Positions 55,124 to 64,000 of a stretch of DNA of 64,000 nt are shown in pieces. Position 1 is the stretch's first letter. Every line of letters begins with the position of its first letter. The position numbers were made by a program, and so were the translations under genes. The DNA is from Felis catus (lineage: Eukaryota): the NCBI RefSeq assembly GCF_018350175.1, contig NC_058368.1, positions 112,656,001-112,720,000 of the forward strand, written 5' to 3'. The notes beneath the pieces were generated by a model. The model was not told where the DNA came from and searched no databases. It worked only from the letters and a program-made list of their open reading frames with translations.

Positions 55124-55338
55124 GGGGCACCTCGGTGCCTCGGTGGGTTAAGCGTCCGACTCTTGGTTTTGGCTCAGGTCACAATCTCACGGTTTCGTGG
55201 GTTTGAGCCCTGTATCGGGCTGTGTGCTCACAGTGCCCAGCCTGCTGGGGCTTCTCTCTCTTTCCCTCTCTCTACCCCTCCCCCACTCGTGCTGTCTCTG
55301 GCTCTCTCAAAATAAATAAACTTAAAAAAATAAAAATA
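55124..55338 (+). mobile_element. CAN-SINE inserted in the A-tail of a tiny carnivore L1 3' end (~55070-55123)
   Basis: ggggcacctcggtgcctcggtgggttaagcgtccgact head, preceded by tacactatatgttaacc...tttaaattaaaaaaa. Confidence 0.88.
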
Positions 55339-56159
55339 CATATGTCCATACATACATACTGTAGAGTTCTGCTCATAAAATGAAAAGTAAAACCAAGTTA
55401 GGCAAATTAGTACTTATAACTTCTCCAATTGGAGGAGCACACCCCGTTCTTTTCACTGTGGTGCCTCTTTGCCGTGTGTTCCTAAGCCTGGACTGTGCTC
55501 TCTTTGCTTCCTCTAAGATCCCTTCCCACCCTGTCAAGACCAGCTTGAACGTAACCCCAGGATGACTCTTCTGATATCCTTGGGGAGATCCACTATCTCA
55601 TGCTCGGGCCCCCACTGCATTTTCTTCTTGGAGCCCAGCAGCCCTGACAAAGTGTTCTTTGTATTTTTGACATTTTCATACTTGGCAAATCAATTTTTTT
55701 CATTTGTGTATTCCAGCTCAGGGCATGCCACATTATAAGAATTAATAAATGCTGTATAAAATGACCTATACCTATAGTCTGATTTGAGAGTTTTATTTAT
55801 AGAAGAAACCTGAGGAGCAAGAAAGGGCTAGTGTGTTGCTACCAAGGAATTGACCTAGGAGCAGCGACGGAGGGCATACTGGGCCCTTTAGGTGGTCTTG
55901 GAGCCAAAGCTGACTGTTATAGGCTCATTATCTTGTGCACAGACATCTGCAGTGACTTTCTAAAAGTCCCAGAAGACATAGGAAAAAGATGAGTAAGTGA
56001 TTGCATTTAAATAAGTTCAAATCTAATCAGGAAAATCATATTCTAGTTTTTTTTTTTTTTTTGCTTTAAACTGATTTATCCAACGAATGACTGAATAACT
56101 CTCGGAAGTAGGACCTATATCCACTTTGTAAATATGAAAAAAGAAGACTGAGGCTTCGA

Positions 56160-57060
56160 TGTGATTCCATTTATCTGCACAGATGCCACTGTCACCTCTG
56201 ATGATTCCCAGGTTTTTATCTCCAACCCCAACCTGTATTCTAAGGAGCTGATTTACATGTTCAGCTCCCAGGTGTCATCTCCTCTGGTTTTCTCAGACAC
56301 TTCAAACTGCATGTCCCAAACTGAACATATGCGTTTTCCATGTAACAACCAAAACTGATCTTCTGCTTTCTCTTTCAGGAAGTAGAATCCCTATCCTCTC
56401 CGCCTCCTGAGCTAGAAACCCTGGGAACATCTTTGTCTTTGCCAATCCGTTACCAAGATCTATGGATTATGATACAGAGTATCTCTTATGTCTGACACCC
56501 ATATTCATCATGATCTTCATTCAAGTCCTTGTAATTTAGCGTCTGGACTTTTGAACTAGCTTCCTGATTAGTCTCTTTACCAATAGTTCTTTCTTCTACC
56601 CAAATGCCAGCCCATCATCCCCTTGGCTGAAAAGCTGCAGGATAAAGTCCCGGCATCTTTATTATCCTACTTCAATATACTTCACTAACATTAGCCCCAT
56701 TTTAGAAGCCTGCTCTCCCCTGGTGACACCTGTCCACCAAGTAGTACACTAAGCCTTCCCTGCTCCTGTACACACTCGTTCCTCTTCCTTTATGCTTCTC
56801 TTTCTCTCCTCCATTTGCCAAACTCCTACTCACCCTCCAAGAACCACTTCAAAATACCATCTCTTCTGGGAAGCCTTGTCTCACAGTCCATTTGTTGCAC
56901 TCTGTGTTGTGTGTGTGTTCTCACAGCATTTTGCTCCCGTTCTACTACCTTGTGATTATCCTTTAACTACTACTGTCTCTCCTGTTGCTTTGAGGACAGA
57001 GTCTGGATCCCATCCACATTTTTAGTCCTACTTCTTAGTACAGTGTCTGGCATGCAGAAG
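56160..57060 (+). mobile_element. L2 remnant
   Basis: ctgatgattcccag...cttcaaactgcatgtcccaaactgaac...cagtgtctggca. Confidence 0.65.
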
Positions 57061-58855
57061 GAAGACCCCCCTTTGTGGATAAATCATTCAGCCACCCTCA
57101 GTTGTTTACTCATCTGTAAAATGGGAACACCAATCTCTTGTTAAATCTCCACTTTGTTGTTGTTTATGAAAACGCTCTGTAGAAATGAGAAACAGAAAGG
57201 GCTAGAGAACTGGGGACTCATTAAGGGGTTATAAGCACCTGGCTTTGTAAATGGGGAAGATGGGCTGCCAAACAGTGAAATGACTGAGCCTGAGCTGTTT
57301 ATATAAACAGCAGTTTATAGCCCTAGGTCTCCTCACTCAATGCCCTTCCCTTCTACCTTGCTGCTCTGGAGCCTTACTGGTCAAGGCCCCATCCTAGCAT
57401 CGCGCTGAAGGAGCTTCTTTTATGATGCCATATCGCCTGTTGACATTTCCCATGTTCTGGGGAGAATGTTACCACAAGGCTCAAGGTGTTTGGTTCCCCT
57501 GAGTAATATCCGAAACTATGACCGTCATGAGAACATACCTCAAATATTTGCTTTAGGTGAAGAAAAGACCCAACTCTATGTTTGAAATCTGGTTTCCAAA
57601 TTTGTAACCTTAGAGGAGATTATCACTTAGGGAAATAAACTCTTGCTCCTAATTTTGTCAGCCAAATTAAAACATTTTTCTTCTTCCTCCACATTTCCTG
57701 GAGGTCATCTCCGTGTTTGTGTTAAAATATCCATTTTAAGCACATAAAACATCAAGTTTCTGATGTGTTATGGAGGGTTTGGGGTGAATCCGTTGGAGTA
57801 TAAACTTTTAGCAAAATTAATCATCACCAGAGAAGAGAAATTGTCATCAGATAGATCCTTGGGCTACTGTTTTCACAGACTACGTAGGAGAAACTGGAGG
57901 GAGCTGTCAACTCAACAGGCAAAGCCCTGGTCTTCCTCATGCAAAAGGCCAGTTGCTTCATGTTTCTGTTGCCAAGAATGCAAGCATGAGCTCTGAACCC
58001 CCAGTTTCAAGCAGCTGTATTATTAGCAAATGTGGAGTGTGTTGTATTTCCAGTATATGTATGTGTGCGTGTGTGTATGTGTGTGTATGTGAGAAAGAGA
58101 GAGAGAGGGAAGCAGTGCTTAACATTTCACTATGGCCCTTATTAATTTTCAAAGCATTTATCCATCAGTAATTAGCAAGCCTGCTCTGGAGCCCAGAAAA
58201 CCAGGGCATTAGTATTAATTTCACACTGAATGTAGGAGAGACAAAGTGATCATAATAATATGAAAGATAGTTTTGCCAGCAAGCATTTGGGGAGCCCTTT
58301 TCTGTGTGAGAATTGATAGTATTTAGAAAGTTTCTAGCTTCAGTCATCCTCACATTGCTGTAATTTTAGGACCAGGTATACAACTTTCGTTTTCTTAGTT
58401 TTCCTGGGTCTTCTGCCGTACTGCTTCTCCTGTGACCAGAGCCAGTACTTACCAGCTCCTCCAGTCCCCTCGGGGTCAGCAAAAGAGTGCAGCTGGCGCC
58501 ATACCACCCGATCTGTCTCATTGACAACTGATGGAAAAGTGTGTTTGCTCAGGCAATACATGTTTTGGAAGGAAGCCTGTGCTAGGATTTATTTATTGCA
58601 GAATCTCCTATCCCTGCACCGTGTTTGGATACATAACACTTACAGTAGGTACTGATCACATAATTTATAAATGGGAAAGGAGGGGAGATACTTGGTTTAT
58701 CAATGCCCAATGAAATTTCTGAATGATAGAGACTTTTTTTTCCTTTTTGTAATCAAATGCAGTTCTGCCAGTTTTCTTGATTGGTATTAGGTGGAAGTCT
58801 GCCTTGGATCCAGAAGCCACAGTGGCATTTGCCAGCTTCTTATAATTCATGGACT

Positions 58856-59420
58856 TGGCGGGCAGCAGAATGTGCTACCTCAAAATAGGCAACTTTGGCT
58901 TAAAGATTATTTTGAGCTGAAGACAATGAAGAAGAAGCAGATACAAGAAAAGCCCTCCGCCCTTCCCCTATTTGACTAGAAGCAGCACATAAATTTGTAA
59001 AGGGCTTCCCCTTTCCTCTCTGTAGCAAGAAGGACAGAAGATAATCATAGGAGACAATTCTAGACCCCCATCAGCCCAGAGACAGCGGCCAGAGGAATCT
59101 ACGTAACAAACCTTGCCGAAACTAGCCCTCATCTACCATTAGTCTCTCCGTTAGTCTTCCTGAGATTTAATGCCCCAGAAGCTCAAAGTCCTTTTCCTTT
59201 GCCTTGTCACGTCTCTAAAAATGTATTCTTCTTTTGTGGAGGTGCCATCTAAGCCCAGCTCCTACTCACCCCCCCCGAGTTACTCATCTCTGACTTCTCG
59301 CATCTGTTTATGGGGTGCACCTGTCAATAAATTCCTATTTGTTTTTCTCTTGTCAATCTGACTTTTGTCTGTGTCATTTACAGGACTCCAGGGGGGCAGT
59401 ATCCAAGGGTAGAAGCAGCT
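58856..59420 (+). mobile_element. ERV1-class solo LTR (MER34-like)
   Basis: cagaatgtgctacctcaaaata...gattattttgagctgaag start and aataaa at ~59326; similar to the LTR at 62553. Confidence 0.78.
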
Positions 59421-59586
59421 TAATGGAAAAAGAAAAGAACCATGACTTTTACCACTGTACAACCTAAAAACAAAACACTAAAATCATCCATATCCTGAAA
59501 AAAAAAAAAAAAAGCAGCCTTTTAAGAAAATTTAAAACGAGCTGACTGTAACTTCTGGCTGTGTCTTTTTAAAACATTATGGCTTA

Positions 59587-59826
59587 GGGGTGCCTGGGTG
59601 TTTCAGTTGGTTGAGTGTCCCACTTGGGCTCAGGTCACGATCTCCTGGCTCAGGTCACGATCTCCTGGCTCAGGTCACGATCTCACGGTTTGTGAGTTTG
59701 AGCCCTGCATCGGGCTCACTGCTGTCAGTGCAGAGCCCGCTTCAGATCATCCGTCCCCTTCCCTCTCTGACCTTCTCCTGCTTGCGCTCTTCCTTTCTCA
59801 AAAATAAATACACATTGAAAGAAAAG
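59587..59826 (+). mobile_element. CAN-SINE with internal 20-bp triplication
   Basis: Typical head and tail; ggctcaggtcacgatctc(ct) three times at 59627-59684. Confidence 0.92.
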
Positions 59827-60331
59827 AAACTTATGGTGTAAATCTGTGTATCTGGGGTTTGACGAGCAAAGGGGTAGTCCTGTGGACCGGCAGCCACCTT
59901 CTTGCTGCTTCGTTTGACATTAAGTTTCTCTGGTTGATATTTGCAGATAGGTGTCTTGGAGTCTGCCAAATGGAATCAAATCTTGGTGACTGACTGGAAT
60001 GAGGTGAGGAATGTTGCCGTCAGGAAGGTGAGAGCATTTCTTCCTTACACCAAAATGAATTCCAGATGGAGTGAATAGTGGAATACACAAAAGTGAAACT
60101 GTAGCAACGCTGGAGAAAACACGGGTCCATTTTCCTGATGATCTGTGAGTAAGGAGACCTTTGCGAGCATGACGTGAACCTGAGAAATCCCAGCCAAAAG
60201 AATGACAGAGAGGAGCCTATAGAATTTGAACAACATTGCCGTTCAGAAAGAATACCCTCAGAGATCTGAAAAGACAACCAGCTGAAAAAACTTGCAACTT
60301 GCAGCCTAGAGAAAGGTCTGGTTTCTTTCTT

Positions 60332-60555
60332 TCTTTTCTTTTTTCTTTTAATTTTTAATGTTTGTTTATTTTTGAGAGAGACAGAGAGTGATGCGGGGAG
60401 GGGCAGAGAGAAAGAGGGAGACACAGAATCCGAAGCAGGCTCCAGGCTCTAAGCTGTCAGTACAGAGCCTGACGCGGGGCTCGAACCCACAAACTGCCAG
60501 ATTGTGATGTGAGCTGAAGTTGGGCGCTCAACCGACTGAGCCATCCAGGTGCCCC
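60332..60555 (-). mobile_element. CAN-SINE (SINEC_Fc-like)
   Basis: Typical body ending ccaggtgcccc. Confidence 0.92.
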
Positions 60556-61147
60556 TGATTTCTTTTTCATACAAATAATTTTTACAAACTAAAAATTAAA
60601 TGAGGAATGAACCAAGAAACCAACAATGAACAGGAACCGACAACTCATGGTAAAAGAAACACAGATGAACAATAAAGAAAATGTTTAATTTTAGTCAAAA
60701 AATTCAAAGTAAAAGAGCATTGAGTGGCCATTTCTTACCTATAAAACCCACAGGAAGTGTGATAATGCTCACTGTGGGCAAGAGAAGTACAAAAGATACT
60801 CTCATAGCCCATCGGTGACATGTATAATTTGGGACCGCCCTTTGGGAGAGCAGTCGTCGGTCTGAAGCATGATTTTAAATGTCTGTGTTCTTGGACCCGG
60901 CAATTCCATGTGAAGGAGTTTAGCTTGCAGTTATGCACACAGAAGTACACAAAGCTGCGAGGATGCTCATTGCAGCATTGTGTACTGAAATAAAAGCTGG
61001 AAATAACCTAAAGGACCACCCAGAAGGGAGTGTTAGAGAAATTACAGTGTGTCTATTTCTTAGAGCACTTCTATTATAGCTCTTGGGGAGGAAGGGGTAG
61101 ACTTGTAGATGCCAATATGGAGCGACATCTCTGCAGATTTTATTATT

Positions 61148-61372
61148 TCTAAAAAAAATTTTTTTTTCAACGTTTATTTATTTTTGGGACAGAGAGAGAC
61201 AGAGCATGAACGGGGGAGGGGCAGAGAGAGAGAGGGAGACACAGAATCGGAAACAGGCTCCAGGCTCTGAGCCATCAGCCCAGAGCCTGACGCGGGGCTC
61301 GAACTCCCGGACCGCGAGATCGTGACCTGGCTGAAGTCGGACGCTTAACCGACTGCGCCACCCAGGCGCCCC
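61148..61372 (-). mobile_element. Young felid SINEC_Fc
   Basis: Perfect TSD tgcagattttattatt (61132-61147 / 61373-61388). Confidence 0.96.
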
Positions 61373-61830
61373 TGCAGATTTTATTATTAAGTGAAAAAAA
61401 AAAAGCCAGGAACTGAATGTGGAGAATGTCGCAATATATTTAAGGCAAAACTCAAATGAATACATATATATTTACACCTACATATGAATACATGCCTGTG
61501 TACGAATAAAATGTTTATGCCCAGATATAAAAGACATTTTTCATAAGGCTGAGTCTGGGAGTTGAGATTGGGGCGAGGGAGAGTGTTAAGGAAGGGGGGG
61601 GGCTCACTTCTCCTTGTATACTGTTGGGTGCTATCTGAATTACTATTATTATTTTTTACATAATACATTCCTTTGATAAAAACTTGAGAAGAAGATGGGT
61701 GATTTCTTCATTTGTCCCTTATTCCTGTATACCTGTCACCATATAGGGAACCTCAAGGGGAAACCAAATTCTGGACTGCTCCAGGCTGAGCTGTTGCATC
61801 TGACGAGGAACTTTTCAACCAGTTTTGGAT

Positions 61831-61857
61831 GCAGCAGCAGCAGCAGCAGCAGCAGCA
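61831..61857. repeat. (GCA)9 trinucleotide repeat, read as CTG on the TRPC7 sense strand
   Basis: Read directly from the sequence. Confidence 0.95.
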
Positions 61858-62552
61858 AGGCAGGACCAGCACACGTTATTCTCATTGTTCGGTGCTGGTC
61901 CTCACTGTGGCTTAATTTAGCGGAAACACATTAAGCCTATCTGGGTCATGTTGCCGAAGCCATTTGGAAAACCAATCTGTGATCTTTGTCCTCTTAGTAT
62001 TGATTTTTAATTCCAGCTCTTGTTGATCATTAGAAAATGCAGACAATGGCCTTCTCCTTTCTTCCGAATAGCCCTTCAGGTCACTCATTCACATTTTTTA
62101 GGCTTCTCCCATCTCTGTTCTACCACTTAATCCTTTAACCCTAATGTGCAATTTCCAGGGGTCTCTTAAGCATCTTTTTCATAGAGCTTCAACAAAAATG
62201 GTGAAAACTCCACTGGCAGCTGTGAGGCTGCCCCGGTCCTGCCTGGCCCACCCACTGGCTGGGCTCGGCTGGTTAGTGGATGGATGTGAACTCACAAACC
62301 TTCTCACCAAGCCAGTCCTGCAGAGCCATCTGGAGTATTAAGGATTTCAGGATTTGTCTTCTGATTCTGCTCAGGGCTGCCAGCTGGTGGGTGTTTACAA
62401 GAAGGAGCCTCTCACAAAACGAGGGTGCCCCATTGTCCCTCATGAATGGACTGTCATCAGCCCCTGGGAGCAGTGGGGTCTGTTTTAGAGAAAATGACTG
62501 AAGGTGACACTGTGGAAACTGAGGCTTGGTGCAGACATTACCAGGTAGCCAG

Positions 62553-63134
62553 TGAAGGAGAGCAGAATGTGCCACCCCAAAAATGACTTGTAGAAGTTCA
62601 GGACATGCCACCCCAAAATATGCCCTTTTGGTATATTGATTATTTTGAGCTGTAGGTTCTTGAAAAACAGCAAATGAGGGGGAGGGTCTCTGCAAATGCC
62701 CCCTTATCTGCCTGAAATAGATCCTCCAAAAGGAACTCAATTGTTAAGAATCCCCTCCATGGGAGCCTCATCAACCAGGGAAGGTGGAGTCATCATAGGA
62801 GAAGAGGCCCCCGACACCCAGACAGACTCTGTCACAAATTCTCACACCTCCCATCTCTTCTTCTGAGGGCCCATTCATCTTACCTAAAAATCATTTACTC
62901 TCTTCTGAGAGGTGCACATCCCCCCCCCCCCCCTTTCCCGCTCAAGACTGTATTTAATTCTGAATTCTAAACCACCTCAGAGGGTTACTCATTTTTCCCT
63001 GGGTGTTTCCCTTGTATACATCAGATATACATGCTGCTGAACTTCCATTTTCCTCTTGTTAATCTTTCTTTTCCTACAAGGGTCTCAACTGTGCACTCAG
63101 AAGGGTGGGGGGGGGATTATTTTCTTCCTCTACA
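62553..63134 (+). mobile_element. ERV1-class solo LTR (MER34-like), TG...CA termini
   Basis: Starts tgaaggagagcagaatgtgccaccccaaaa and ends ttcttcctctaca. Confidence 0.82.
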
Positions 63135-63269
63135 CAGGTCTGTCTGTCTCCTTGGCCAGGACTGGATATCCTTCATCATGTGGCCTTTCCTCAGTCCCTG
63201 AGGCCCACCCTTCCCTTATACTGGACCGCAGAAGTTGTTCCGTGGTGGGGACTCAGTGAATTAATTGTC

Positions 63270-63757
63270 AGAGATTGACTTTTATTGATCAGAATGTCAT
63301 GAAGATTATTTTAAGTGAAAAAAATCTGAACAGACCAGCAGCTAGACTTCTTTTACATTTAAAAAAAAAAAAAAAACTTCATAGCAGCACGTTCCCAAAA
63401 TGTAACTGCCACAAATCCTGTGGGTCAGGGTGGGGGGAGGGTAACTGCTAAAAAGGAGACTGTCTGCTTGCACCCAGATGAGAACATCACAAACACTCAT
63501 GCTTCCCATTTTTTTCCCTCAAAAGCTCATGTGTATCCTAAACGTCCTCTTTTTCCTTAGAAACTCTTTCCCCTCACTTTTTTTTTTTTCTGCTAAGGTG
63601 GTATATAAACCCCCATCTTAACTGTTCAAGGAGCCATTTCTTTTCTGCACTTCTATATGTCTATGAATAAACTCTGTCTTTTCTTTTAATCGGCCTTTTC
63701 TTAGTTAATTTACAGGCCCCACGCAGTACAACCTAAGGAGAAGTTTTACTCCCAACA
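63270..63757 (+). mobile_element. ERV1-class solo LTR (MER34-related, more decayed)
   Basis: gaagattattttaag, TATA-like gtatataaac (63601), aataaa (63666), ends aacctaaggagaagttttactcccaaca. Confidence 0.7.
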
Positions 63758-64000
63758 CAGGACACCAAAATTTTCCAGGAACTGTTATTTATCAAGTGTT
63801 GACATTATGTGGGGGGCAAGGCCAGAGTTTCAATATTCTGTAAGAAAGCCAGGATTCCAAATTGTTTATGGCAAGACTTTGTCACCATCGCACAAAACAA
63901 ATCTATGCACAGAAAACAAAAAAAGAGGATCTCCATATGTGGTAATAGGTCATAAAGCAAAGTCTTAGTAATGAAACTCTGGAGGACTGGGTAGAGGAAG

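Larger units (their letters stand above)
60030..61690 (+). mobile_element. Old L1ME-like fragment carrying two SINEs
   Basis: ccttacaccaaaatgaattccagatgga...gatgctcattgcagcattg...ctggaaataacctaaa. Confidence 0.7.

Noticed and set aside
59627..59684. Short direct repeats as a CRISPR-like array
   Set aside because: No spacers, located inside a SINE, eukaryotic context.
58856..63134. Provirus bounded by two LTRs
   Set aside because: No PBS, gag, pol or env remnants seen; the interval is L1, SINE and unique sequence, and no shared TSD is evident.

Overview
Mammalian genomic DNA, almost certainly from a felid, because it carries many CAN-SINEs including young SINEC_Fc-type copies with intact TSDs. 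The whole window lies inside TRPC7 on the minus strand. Only two coding exons are present: 36533-36715 (183 nt) and 2862-3026 (165 nt), probably exons 3 and 4, separated by a 33,506-bp intron. The rest is intronic: about 14 CAN-SINEs, L1/L2/MIR fragments, MaLR/ERVL/ERV1-like solo LTRs, hAT MITEs, microsatellites and a decayed RPS4X-type processed pseudogene. Repeat family names come from my recognition of the sequence, not from a database search. I see no evidence for a new multi-gene system, CRISPR array or RNA gene. The best leads are a stop-free 75-nt candidate cassette exon in frame with TRPC7, a cluster of near-identical inverted young SINEs, and several unusual retrotransposition products.
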